NCBI GenBank assembly: GCA_030141605.1
Contig: JAQGDQ010000034.1
Coordinates: forward strand, 434,001-498,000
Source: Tubiluchus corallicola
Lineage: Eukaryota > Animalia > Priapulida
Reading direction: 5' to 3'
Length of the DNA stretch: 64,000 nt
In this document: positions 12,745 to 25,299 of the stretch, piece by piece
Position numbering within the stretch: position 1 is the first letter of the stretch
How the letters are laid out: every line of letters begins with the position of its first letter
The notes under the pieces: generated by a model
What the model saw: the letters and a program-made list of their open reading frames with translations, nothing else
Database searches by the model: none
Told to the model about the DNA's origin: nothing
Position numbers and translations under genes: made by a program

Positions 12745-14958
12745 TACATTGCAGTATAGAAGTAGCAGTTAATCTCTTGTAGACGCGCTTACTTCCACCT
12801 GATAATTTATTCAAATCAGATATTACACAGATGTTAGCCTAGTAAGCGTGGATGTCAATGGCTGCTTAATTGACCAACTTACAACATGGCGAGCACTGAG
12901 TGAGCTAATACACGCCTGCTTTGGTTATAACCAAACTTGCAAACTGAACTTTGAGCCACGCCTGCTTGTATACAAAAGTTTTAAATATATGGTAACCTGA
13001 CAAGGAGTCCTGGTCTCAGGAATTGTACAATAGTCGATTATTTATTAAACCGTCGTCTGGAGGTTGTGTGATATTAAATATGATAAATAATTCAGAAATG
13101 TTTTGTGAATTTTTGTCGTGTGTGTGCTGCAGACTATGTATAGTATCATAGAGAATTGTTCAGGTTTATTTATTGAAAAGCTTTTGTGGTGTGCTAGTAT
13201 TAATTTTGTAGAAAGCGTGTAGTTATATTAGTATTCCCATGCAAAGCTTGCAGCTGCATAATGATTATATAATAACTAGGCCTAATTAGTAAATAGCAAG
13301 ATTTTGTTACATATGTTAGATCTACATATATGCTTATACTATACATTACTTGCTTAATTGGGTGGTTTAGGTTGGCACAGAATTTAAAACTTGAAATTTT
13401 TTAGTAATGTACTTCAATATAAAGAGCTGCGGCATTAAATTTTTTAGAAGCGGTAGGCAGATGATTAATAAAACTCGTAACAAAACTCATTCCAGCTAAA
13501 CTGTTAGTGTCGATCCTTCTGTAGGCCCTAAACTGTTTCACTTGTGTTTTAGCTTGGGTTATTTTAGAATATTATAATACCAGAATGAAAATTCATTATC
13601 ATTTTTAAGTGGCAGTTTGCACCACTGTCCACTGTCTTGTTATGAACGTACAAATTAATTTTTTTAAGTTAAAAGAATGTCTCTTCCACAACTTGTGATC
13701 ACATCAGTCGAGAGGTCGCTGTAAGCACAAGCCAGTTAAAATTATGGCACCATTGTTTTTTTTATTTTGTTACTGATTGTTTCATTTTCTTTATAACTGC
13801 ATCGTCATCATCATCATCATCATGTTTATTGTGCTGTGATAATTAAGATTCTTCTTCACACCAGAATATTCTTGCTTATTTTGTTCTTTGTGTAGGAAAA
13901 TGATAGATTTGTTTTGTGTATTGTGCATAAGAAAATCACATTTTGTTGATTTTAATGAAAATCATGATAATCAGTTGTCTGTTTCTTAGAATGTGGCGTT
14001 ATGTTTTTTTCTTATTAAAGGAATTATGTAAAACAACCAATTTGGATTAACATAAATATATATAACATCTCAATAAACTTACACTAAGAATACAATGAAA
14101 ATTGGATAGTGTGTAGCATTCTACTTGTGGCCTGTTGTTTTTCTGTCTCATCAACGTATTCCTGGATACACAAGTTGTATACTTTTATGCATATATAGTA
14201 AAGTCAAATGGTAGGTGTAAAATGATTTTTATGAACGCCTACATATGTTCGCAAGTGCAAGTTGCTGTTATTTTGTTGTTTTTCATTATTTCTGTATTTA
14301 GGTTTTACGTTTTGGTACAGCTTAATTTAGACAATACATATTATGTCCGTTTTGGCGAAAAACCTTCAAATTATTGCCAAAACAACTAATTTATGTCGTA
14401 ATAATAATTTGAATCTGCATTGTTACATTAATATCAAGCTAAATTGCTCATGTATTGGTGGTGAAACTATATAATAGTTATTTACGGTGTGTATTCTTTG
14501 GTACTTCACTGTTTCTTTACAGCATATACAATTATACATTGTATTTGTGTATATAAAGTGTATAATAAATATATTGTTTTTAGATATCTCCTGTTTTTCA
14601 CACATTTCGCTAAGCTGCTTTTATTATGCATGAAGTAATCACATGAAAAAGCGTTGACAAGTGGTTTACTAGCAAGGCTGTGAAAAAAAGCTAAACTGAG
14701 GCAAAAATTCGGATACAACAACAAATTAGCAACAGCAACCAAAGTAACATTGCAGCAATTGTTCGAAATCGGTATCCATCGGCAGAGGACCTATTCAATT
14801 CGGATTTTTGTGGCGGAGGGGGAGAGGTGAATTATTTGACTACATGTAATTATCAATTGATTTCGACTCTAAGACTAAAAGTGAACCAGCAAGAGTTACT
14901 AATGTTACCAAAGCAAAAAATTTTCAGTTGGTAGTTTGCAGTTCAGGTGTATAAAAAC

Positions 14959-15024
14959 ACTATGCATTTTGCACAAAATTTGAGTATATTGACTATGCAT
15001 TTTGCACAAAATTTGAGTATATTG
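14959..15024. repeat. Perfect 33-bp tandem duplication
   Basis: ACTATGCATTTTGCACAAAATTTGAGTATATTG occurs twice in tandem. Confidence 0.9.
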
Positions 15025-16338
15025 GTGCTATTAAATTCAATTCAGATTGATTCTCATAATTCACTTCCAATAAATTACTCTCGTCTATTCCTGCCTATGC
15101 CGTACTGGTCGCTTTTATCAGATGGAGACGTCTATCGCATTACCCAGATTCTGACGTCGGATTGTTGTGTTTGTTAGATTCTAACGTCGTGACAATGTTT
15201 ATTGAGTCCTACCGGCTTCTGACAATGGTGACGACGGTCTGTCAGAAGGCAAAGTAGTCTAAATGGTGTAGAAATTAGGTGGAAATTTTTAATCTGATAG
15301 ATTTTGACATTGTCAAACAGAATTAGAAACTTGAAAAACACGGCTGTTCGAAAAATACGTTATCAGATCATTACGTTTTCGTAAATGCATGTACATGTTT
15401 ATCAGTCACAACGGTCTATTAAACGTCTGAAATTGGTTAGAGGGTGGTTAGACGTTGATTCACATTGTAGTTTGGTTGGTCAGAAATTTACTTCAACATT
15501 GAAAGCTTACAAAGAGTTAAATGAAAAAAATGATGTACAGAAAGTACGGCCCCTCACCTAAAGCTCATACCGGAAACTTAAACACTGCAAAGTTTTCTGT
15601 GAATTATTCTAATGTTCCACTGTTTCCATAAATCATTTGAAGTTTGCTGCTTCGATTATAAGTCAACAGTGATTAGTCGCCTTTTTCACCAGTCACTGCT
15701 TGTTTTACCCACACCTCTGTCCTCCAAACGTTACTTTCTCAACACATAATGAGATGTGCATGGGTAAAGCAAGAAGCAACCACCAACGAGGGCGAATAAT
15801 CACCTACTCTGTTGAAGGGGCTTTGGTTCAGACTAGAGAACAAAACTTGCTGCGAGTTACTCTCCGACAGTAAGCGCGAGCTGAGACTCCCTTCTCTATT
15901 TGCTAGAGTAACTGCCGAGGCGTTCACACCAGACAGTAGCTCACAGTAAATCAACTCTCTGTAACTATTTGAGAATTCGAATAACTTGCCGACAGTGGTA
16001 TAACTCGAAAAACAGTTCACACTTGCGAGTTTGCTGTCAACAATAAATTGCGCATTAATAAGAACTTTTCAAAATAGAAAATCCAACAATCGATTTTGTT
16101 TTCTACTTTCACACTGTCTTGTCAGCAGGTCGAGCAGTTTGGAATGTTGTGTAGTCAACAATTGTTATAATTTCTTCTTCGACTAATACGTTTTAGTGAG
16201 TATTATCATGTATTAATTTTAATTTAGCTGATTTGTTTCAACAACTTACTATTGGCATTGTTTATTTTCAAACTAAAATGGCTGCATCAAACTTTCACGT
16301 CAAATAGAAAGCTAAATTGGCATAAATTGTCTATAATA

Positions 16339-16906
16339 CCTTGTCCAAGAATACCTTATCCAAAGAAATAAGGACCTAGATGGTAGCTATCTATCAACGG
16401 TTCTCTCTCATATGCCTTTTGACACTGTCAACTGATGAAGCATTGATGGTTCATGATGAAAGATGATTCCATGGTTGAACTACACGATGCCCAAAGAAGT
16501 GTGATCTGATATTCGTTCTAGCTGGTTGCACAAATAACTTAGATTCATGACCACGAAGAACTCTGTGAGGCCTGGAAAAAAGTCTGCCTCAGTCAGAATC
16601 ATTTCCACTAATTATTTTGAAGCAGTTCACAAGGTCTACAATCTCACGCCTTTGCTCAAAAGTAGAAATTGAAGCGAAATCCAAATCAATAGCAAGACGA
16701 GTACATCTATTCTGAGTTTTTCGAGAGCATTCTCGAGAGTAACATACTGGGGTGACCATACAACCGACACATATCCCAGAATGGGTCGAACAACAGCTTT
16801 AGAGATAGAATAGTTAGTGCTGCATTTCTCGATATCACACACCGCTTAATCATGCCAATACGACGGTTTGCTTTAGCAATGATACGATTCACTTGGGAAT
16901 TCCATT
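16339..16906 (-). mobile_element. 5'-truncated CR1/L2-group LINE relic (ORF2 C-terminus and 3' end)
   Basis: Frameshifted pieces KANRRIGMIKRC, VRPILGYVSVVWSPQY, RGHESKLFVQPARTNIRSHFFGHRVVQPWNHL are typical of the region C-terminal to LINE reverse transcriptase. Flanked by TAATA direct repeats at 16334-16338 and 16907-16911. Confidence 0.85.
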
Positions 16907-17578
16907 TAATAACAAACAAAAAATCATTAAAGTTGGTGTAGTGTGGTGTGGGTAGTGTATCTTGAGTGGGGTAGTCAGGTGGTCATGTGGCGTGGTGTAG
17001 ATTGGAAGTTTATGCGCAAATTCCTTTGCGGGGTTTGGCTAGTCATGTATTCATTTTAATATAGCTGATTTCTTTTAAACTTACTATTTACGTTGTTTAT
17101 TTTCACTTTATATTAAAATTGCTGCATCAGACTTTCACGTCAACTAGAAAGCTAAATTCGCGTAAATTGTCTGTAATAACAAACAAAAAATCGTTAAACG
17201 GAGTTGCCTAACTGTTTGAGCGTAAACCTCCTTGCTAGAAGAGGATTTCTACACCTTGTTTTTACTTACTTATTCTTATAACAAGCCAATTAAAGTGATG
17301 TTCCTCGATGTGTAATATGTCTATGTTCATGGGCACCATAAATGTTTATTTATTTATTATAGGCTTAAATATTGAGCTCTAGCAGGGCCCAACAATAATT
17401 ATTACTTGTAATTATTATTATAATTATTACTATTATATATTATTGTTAATAAATATTAATAATAATTATTAGTTTTGTGTACATAGACGTACATACTCTA
17501 TTAAACAACTTTGTAACCTTTTATGTGACATTCATAATTTTTTCTATTAGTTGAGAGACAAAGCTTACTTCATGCACA

Positions 17579-18680
17579 ATGAATGTGACTTCACTGACGG
17601 TCTTACAGCTACTGTTAGTTACACTGCACGGCTCAAGTGCAGGCAATAACGAGGTAACTATTTTAGAAACCGTTATTCATTTTGAAATTTTGTAATAATA
17701 GTAATAATTGAAAATTAGCAGTTTCCTTGTGATAACAGGAAAACATTCAAAAGAATCATTTGTCTCAAAATACGTTTTCACTTTCACGCTCTCCCTGCAA
17801 AATGTTTTTGGTAAGTTCCAAGTAACTAGTTATTTTTAAAACAACAAACTTTCACCGTCTGCTTTCGAATACAAGTAATAAAGTCACAGGAAAAACCCAT
17901 CCCTAATATGTTGAACAAAACGTGATTTTTTTTTCACATACATGTAATGCCACCATATTTAAATAGTGTTGTCAATATGTACATGCCACGTATTGCTTGT
18001 TAAAAACTGATTTAAAATACTTTCTGTTTTATTACTTTAATTGTTTATGGTACTTAAACAAATTGTGCTTAATTCTGCTATTTTTGTTTGAGTACCTAAC
18101 TTTCTTTCCTTGCCAAAATTTTATCTTTTTTCCGGTCGCCATAAATTCATTGTGACATTTTTCCTGTGACTTTTTTCCTAGCCAAGATTGTGATTTTTTT
18201 CTGTGACTTTATTACACGGGACTCTGCTTTCAAGTCGCATTTATAGTAATGCAACTATTTGTTTTCCCTCTATAATCAGGCTGGGTCTTGCCTAAATGAT
18301 GAAGTATACTTCAAGAGACACTGTTACCATTTTAACAAAACACCAAAGCAAGTCTGGTGGAGAGCTGTGATAGCATGTAAAGCGATAGGTGGTGAATTAA
18401 CATCCATAACAACTCCTCAAGAATACAACTTTATAAAAAACCACGCAAAAGCGAACGGTAAGCCTTATATATATTATACATACATACATACATACATACA
18501 TACATACATACATACATACATACATACATACATACATACATACATACATACATACATACATACATACATACATACATACATACATACATACATACATACA
18601 TACATACATACATACATACATACATACATACATACATACATACATACATACATACATACATACATACATACATACATACA

Positions 18681-18716
<36 letters not shown>

Positions 18717-19007
18717 TAGTTAAAAAATGCTTCACTAAAGCTTTTACATTAAAAAGTTAAAAGTTAAAATCGTGCCAAACTTTTCGACTAACTGCTGCTG
18801 TCGTCATCAGTAGTAAATTTACAAACATACAACCAGATTGTATAGGCACAGCCTATTACGCACTAATTCAGTGGTTAACAGAAGCCAAATGGGTAACGAA
18901 TAAACAGATCAGTAAAGAAGTTGATACAACAACTTAAGCACTAATTATAAATTTACGAATGATGACAAATTTTAATGTAAAACCTTTAATAAGGTTGCCT
19001 TGTTTTG

Positions 19008-19050
<43 letters not shown>

Positions 19051-20700
19051 ATAAATATAAATATAAATATAGTATGTATATAATATTCTCTTTTATTTCA
19101 TCATCCCAAAAGCCCTGTATTACCAAAATTAAGTGTCCAGAAAGCTCACAGCACAAAAAAAAGCAAGCACCATTCCTAAACTTTACTGAATTTGCGAGTA
19201 TACAATTCTTCCTTACCGTTGCTGCTCTTGTTGACTTTTTACACGCTGCTTTGACTTTTGTAGGCCTATACACAACTATAACCCGGCAAAGATTGATTTT
19301 TACAGTTTGTTACAGTTTAAAGAAGCAGAGATTTTTTCCTACATATAGTGGACCACCTATGAAAACTGTTTGTATACTAGAAAACCAACAGTAGCCCAGT
19401 TTTTCAGATCAAACGCTTGCAGACGCCCCCATGCACGACCCGTTTACACGACACAATGCATAGGTTAATAACTTTTAGACTTCTTATTTCCTAATCTCAT
19501 TGCATGGTTCGACATTTTACTTTACAGAACTTTTGTAAAAACAATGTTCGGAATAATGAATGATAGAGCAATAGCAAAAATGTTAATAATGATGAAGATG
19601 ATGACGATGATGATGATAATTTATTCTTTAAAAGCACTCCGACTGAAAAACTCAGTCTTTTTACATCAGCGTTTACAAAAATACAAAAAAACTATGCGTT
19701 AGATATGCAAGCTAAATAAAAATCGTTACAGTAAGATTAATTAAAACAGTTACAATTTTAAATTATATTCAAGTGTCTATCAAATTATACAGAAACTTAC
19801 TGACACAGTTTGCTGTTCACAGTTCAAGAAAGAAGGATCGCTTATTAGACAGAACCGATGATTCTTCTGAATCCAGAAACAACTACGGTGCGATGTTTAC
19901 AAAGTCCGCGGTAAAACCAGAGTTTGACGGGGCTACGCATTTTAACGAAAGTTTTTTAAGTCCATTTAAACACAAAATTCGTTTAATGTAACGAAGTTAC
20001 TCAATTGTGACGTCACATTATGAAAACCAGCTAAGTACTTATTACATAGGCCGCGATGAAAATGAGTGCGAGACCAGCTTCAGGGCGAAACAGATCTATT
20101 TAATAGGTTACATATTGGACTGAATTCTACTTGGCTCGGGAGTCAGTGAATCGAATTCCAGGATAGCGAGGCGGTCTTTGAATTTAGCAATGATGATCCA
20201 TTTTGTATAGTTATTCTTTAATGTAATTAATTTCTTAACTAATGAAATCTCTTAATTACAAATGTTATCTTAATCAGAAATGAATTGCTTATGAGCTAAC
20301 TGCATATACCTCTTGTAGCAAGTCATATAGCACACGCAAAAATCGCAAATTAAAACACTAGAATAACACTGCAACAAGTTTTGTTGTCAGCATTATAGGT
20401 GAAAAAGGGAGAAATACACAAAAAATCTAACTTAAGTAACAGCACTCGGATACTAGGCCGAGGAGCACCTGTGTCAGAAATCCAAGGCTGTTGCGACCTC
20501 TACACATAAGGTGTGAGTCGCTGCTGGCGTGGAAGCAGGGCGTGCAGAGGGCCCTATGCCGACAACAGGTGCCTTCGTAAGAATGTTAACCCAATAAGAG
20601 AGGTTTCGCACTTTCAACTACAAACTTAGGCCTATTACAAATTCTGTAATGAATGGTGGAAAAGTATGATTTGTTAAACAATGATATGTGGTTTATTCTT

Positions 20701-20755
<55 letters not shown>

Positions 20756-21062
20756 CTCCCTCTTTCTCTGTACTGATATTCATTCTCTGCTTTAATTAAT
20801 GGTTATTAATGGAAAATTGTAATGCTGTAATTTTTGCATAGGCTTCGGCGATCTCTGGATAGGTGGGACTGATCAACATCACAACTATGACTGGACATGG
20901 ATTTCCGATGGCCAGATCATCATATATAACAAATGGGCCCCGAAGGAGGCTAATACTGGAAATGGGCACTGCATATATCTCGGAAGTGATTCAGACTACA
21001 AATGGAAAAGTGGCTCGTGTAAAAGCAGCCTTTCGTACGTCTGTAAATCCATTGCTGACTAG
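17579..21062 (+). CDS. Secreted single-domain C-type lectin-like protein, about 157 aa, 3 coding exons
   Basis: Exons 17579-17653 (signal-peptide-like MNVTSLTVLQLLLVTLHGSSA), 18280-18457 (CLNDEVYFKRHCYHF...WWRAVIACKAIGGELTSITTPQEYNFI), 20842-21062 (LWIGGTD...WTWISDG...YNKWAPKEAN...HCIYL...WKSGSC...YVCK, stop). Phase-consistent; six long-form CTLD cysteines. Confidence 0.88.
18477..18718. repeat. (TACA)n microsatellite in the lectin intron
   Basis: About 58 near-perfect TACA units ending in (TA)n; source of the YIHT/MYVC pseudo-ORFs. Confidence 0.97.
18719..19011 (-). mobile_element. Probable Penelope-like element terminal-repeat relic inserted in a microsatellite
   Basis: About 290-bp unique segment between (TACA)n and (TA)n tracts, carrying a minimal hammerhead-like motif near its 3' end on the minus strand. 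No coding remnant was recognised. Confidence 0.5.
18775..18813 (-). ncRNA. Minimal type I hammerhead ribozyme-like motif
   Basis: Minus strand reads CTA-CTGATGA-C-GAC-agcagcagtta-GTC-GAAA-AGTT-TGG: both core boxes, stem II GAC/GTC, and a short stem I CTA/TGG with one wobble. Confidence 0.5.
20704..20769. repeat. (CT)n microsatellite
   Basis: Seen directly, upstream of the last lectin exon acceptor. Confidence 0.95.
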
Positions 21063-21719
21063 TTCAAAGTTATGGTCACTGAACATTCCATATAAACAAA
21101 CATAATTTAAATCCGAATGACTTCATACACGGGCATAGTTTTCTCGACCGTTTTCTTCTTAACCATCCATGATATATACTTGTCCGACTGATAGCTGGTA
21201 AAGGTTTAACCAAAATACGTACTGTTATTTATTTAATGCGGTTCTCATTGGTCTGCTATAACATCACAAAAGCAACCAAACTAGGTACAATCAAACGAGG
21301 CAAGGCATTTGCGATTCTGATTGCAGCAATAACTTTACTGTGTTTGGAATAATTTTTTACATTAAGTTATGAGTTTGCTGACTGAAGTTTAATTTTTGTT
21401 ACAATTAAATTGTCTTTTACTCTCAACTTTAAACATTTTCGCACGACTTGTAATGGCTGTTGTGATGTGTTTGTACATTCAGCACGCGCTTGTTTTCGTC
21501 TTAAACTATTTTCAAAGAAACATTTATAATCTACGTTAAAGAATGCACTTCAACCTCGTCATTATAAAATTTTACTTTTTTGAACTTTAAGCTTAAGTTT
21601 GACTTTGGTAATTGGCAACTCTACTGACTATCTTAACCGTCAACTCACATGCAGAGCTAAATTGCGATGGGCAAATGTTAGTAACGTTGCTAAATTTCAA
21701 CGTTAAATGTCTAAATTCA

Positions 21720-22335
21720 ATGAAATGGTTGTTACTGTTATGGCCAAGTCTCCTGATATTCCTCCTCTTACCGTCTCTAATTTGAGGGTAAAAAGAGTTG
21801 ATTCGGTTAAACTTTGGAGGTAAAAAAATACATTAACAGTTTGACATGTCCATTCAACTTACGCTAAAGCCAGTGAAGGAATTTATGTTTTGCGTCTAAT
21901 GACAAGAGCTGTGACATCTCCTAATGATATGTTAAAATTATACTGCACCGTGATTAGGCCAGTTATTGAACACGCTTGTCGGGTACTAAGCTCTCTCTCT
22001 CAAAATGTACCCGTTAGGAACTATATGAAACAACACTAGCTGAAAATAATTTTTCCAAATGAAAACTATGCAAACGCTGTAATTTTGGCTAATCTTCAAC
22101 CTTTTTATTCACACCTCGCGAAAATTCTTGAAAAAGTAGTTCTTATCAATTCAAAATCCTAATAATATAATTCACACTCTATTACCAGATGCCTATACTC
22201 ATAGCTAGCCTTGTTTATTTTTTAAATTTTTATATTTTTGCGCTGTATATTTCTACCTTGTTTATTTTTTAAAATTTCTATGTCCATTTTGTACTGTACC
22301 GTTCTGTAACCTTTTGGTTGTAATGATAAATAAAC
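21720..22335 (+). mobile_element. Degenerate L2-group LINE relic
   Basis: Translatable piece YAKASEGIYVLRLMTRAVTSPNDMLKLYCTVIRPVIEHAC matches the common post-RT motif LYxxxIRPVLEYAC. Multiple frameshifts; boundaries approximate. Confidence 0.7.
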
Positions 22336-23977
22336 TGATATATACCTTACAAAAATTCCATATTTTCATATAATTTCTCATGTTTTGTCATTCATAACAG
22401 ATTTTTAATCAATCTGTCTCATTGACTTATTACCTAATTCACATATGCATCCCACCCAGCTACACATAAATGAAAAAACATAGGATCCTAGCAAAATACT
22501 ATAAGGTCAATTAAACGACAAAGACAGTTAGACCAGTTTGGAAATTTCGACTAAATTTAGTAAATGCACTTCTTCGGCTTTTGAATCTGTGGATGTATGA
22601 TTTCCTTCTAGAGTACTAGCGGGCGAAAGCGTAGCCATAATGCATTGTAACACTAAATTACCCTTTAACTATTAAGTACAGCGTTTCTGACTCGTTTGCG
22701 AAAAGAACAATAAAAAGTGAATCACACTGCCGGGCGATCAAGCCATTTGAAAGATTCTGATTGGGATGTAGCAACTGTGTTTTAAATAAATCACATTAAC
22801 TTTTATGGGAGCAGTTTGATACAGTTAAATCATCTTTTAGTTTCACTTTTTAATATGTTAGTAAAAAGTATAAATGACTGAAAGCCGTGAATGAAAACAG
22901 TTTACATTTTTTGTCACCTCGTAACGTAAGATTTTTAAAAAAAACTTGCCCATTTTTGTCAAATTATTTTATTTCTCTGGTATTTTACATGCACAATTTA
23001 TTTTCTGTACATAAATGTTCAACTTCTGAGTTTAGTGTTATTTCCAGATAAAAAAGTATTAAAGAACTCACTATTTCGTTATCAGTACCTTTAGCCTTGA
23101 TCTTTAGTAAAGACTTTAGTCCTTTTATTTGAAAAACACTGTTTAATTAATTGTAAAAATAGATGGCATCTATTTTTCTGTGCAAATTTGGAGGATATCA
23201 GGATTCGTGGAACAGATCAACTTTTAAACAAAATCTGGATCTGAATTTCTAATGGTCATTACCTTATAATAGTTATGGCTACTGGCATCATAAACAGTCT
23301 GGCAATAACGGAAATGGGGGTGTGCATAATGTTTATTATGAACGTACATGGTTTTTAACACTGGTAATGTTGTATTGTATTGTTGTGTTGTTTCTGATAC
23401 TGAAAATAAATGTTGATGATAGCCATCGATAATAGAGACAATGACAATGGAAGTAATGATCGTGGTAACACTAATGCTGGCCTAAACAAACTAAAATTAA
23501 TAATAATTGTACTTGATGAAATACACAATACTATTAGGTAAATAATTTAAATAATATTAATAATTACTTTAGTTAACACAAGATAAACATCTCCAGGATA
23601 TGAAAATAAAAGAGTGTTGCAAACAGGTGGTTGGTAGGTGACAATCTGCATGGTTTTTCATCGCCGTCTTGTCAGTTTGTTGGCTTATTGGGGGTTTTGC
23701 ACATTATGTGCCTATAAATTTTTTGAAGGAGACAAAATTCTTATTCTCTCAAATAGAATAAACTAAATTAAACTAATTAGGATATACATCTGGATTTTAC
23801 CAACATTATTAATATTATCCCCGGCCTCATCATTATCATTATCACATCATATGATTGTCAGGCTTTATCATCACAATCTTCAGTGTTTCTACGGCTGTTA
23901 TCACAATACCGTTTAGCGTTACCGTATTATATCTACGGTTTGCAAATAAGTTTTTTTAATATCTTTTGTAACTTTAA

Positions 23978-24062
23978 CCAGCAGATGGCGCGGTGAAGTA
24001 ACTACTGCGCAAACTCTACGAAAGAACTGAAGATGGCTTCTTAATTCTTAGTTCTAAATTTT
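23978..24062 (+). promoter_or_regulatory. Putative promoter and non-coding first exon of the DUF4211 gene, with a CTCF-like site
   Basis: CCAGCAGATGGCGC (23978-23991) matches the CTCF core consensus; AAGATGGC (YY1/TISU-like) lies near 24030; consensus donor GTAAGT at 24063; local CpG enrichment. Confidence 0.45.
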
Positions 24063-24579
24063 GTAAGTTTTTTGTTTAATTTCCTCTCCCTTTGATTTTT
24101 TAGTCTTTCTGGGAGTAGGACCAAAATCTACATACGAGACTGTCTCAAGCGCTTCATATTTGTTTGACATTAACTCATTTTGTCTTATTGTTGATAGTGT
24201 CTATCATCAAGCTTCTGCACAAAAGTCTATTTATTTGAGTATCCATACTGGGACTTGCGAGTTACTCTTTCGTTGTCCGTACTGTTTATTTGTTAATGAA
24301 TCGCTTGTTGTCACATTACCTCGGTTATGACATTTAACTGATCTGGACAAAAGCGTCAGGTATATCCTATACTACTATTACTAGCGCAACATTTTAGCGC
24401 CGATGTCTGTGTGTTTTTTTTCGTCGATAACGTTACTATCTTGCAGTTTAATAAAATTGAACACAAATAAGTCTCTCGGTAAGTGGAATTTGTGAACCCT
24501 TGTTCTATTTATTTAACTTGTCACTTGATTTGTTTATATTGTAATGTAAAGCAATACAAAAAATGCAACAAAGAGCAAC

Positions 24580-25170
24580 ATGTATGCCTACATAATTGCA
24601 AACATAGCAAACTTTAAAAATATTAAAAATTTTAGAAAACTGCAAAAAGCTAAGATATCAGTAATAAACAAATTTGCAAAATGGACCCTTGCTTTTCGCT
24701 CAGCTACCTCAAGCATAGCCTGCAATGCTGAGCTAGGACTATTTCCAATCCTACGAAAACCTGAAGAAACATTACTGTCTGTCAAGCCCTCAAACATCAA
24801 AAAAACACATTTCTCAAACATGTCTTTGAACTTTTAGACATCTCTAGCAACTTTTATCTTAACTGGGAGAACTTTGAGAAATGCTTGAAGTAGAAAACCT
24901 CTATAAAGAAAAATAACTAGTCTTTAATCAGATGGGCAACACATTTCAGAAATTTTAGAAGCTGGCTACAAAATACTGTTTTTCAAAGAAATAATAATAA
25001 TATTAGGAAAGTAGGAGGAAAGAATAGGTTAATGTTTTTCAGAAACATAAAATACACATCACATACCATTCAGACTGTAGACAATAAACAATACAGACAT
25101 ATTAAAACAAAACTCACAATAAGCAATTGTGATCTACAAACTGCAAAAGGCAAATATATAAAAGTCTTTA
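24580..25170 (+). mobile_element. Degenerate non-LTR retrotransposon ORF2 C-terminal relic
   Basis: INKFAKWTLAFRSATSSIACNAELGLFPI and KTKLTISNCDLQTAKGKY resemble the KFxKxxLGVxxxTSNxAxxGELGxxP and TKLRISxHxLxIExGRY motifs of LINE ORF2 tails. Confidence 0.65.
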
Positions 25171-25299
25171 AACTGATAGGGGTCATATATTTTGACAAGA
25201 TTCACACATGAATCCTGTATTTTTAAGGTTATATAATGAGCTCTGCTGAAATTACTGGAGTGTTTCTAGTGATGACAAATAGCTTGAAATTCTGACTCA

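Noticed and set aside
15739-16020. 93-aa minus-strand ORF between the SLC6 and lectin genes
   Set aside because: Non-ATG start, no recognisable domain, and no flanking exons could be linked.
18397-18735. YIHT/MYVC repeat ORFs
   Set aside because: Translations of the (TACA)n microsatellite; the real lectin exon ends at the 18457 donor.
20528-20575. Pistol ribozyme resemblance (AGGGC...GCCCTA...CAGGTGC)
   Set aside because: No P1 partner for CGTGG and no UAAAU junction; the spacing is incompatible.
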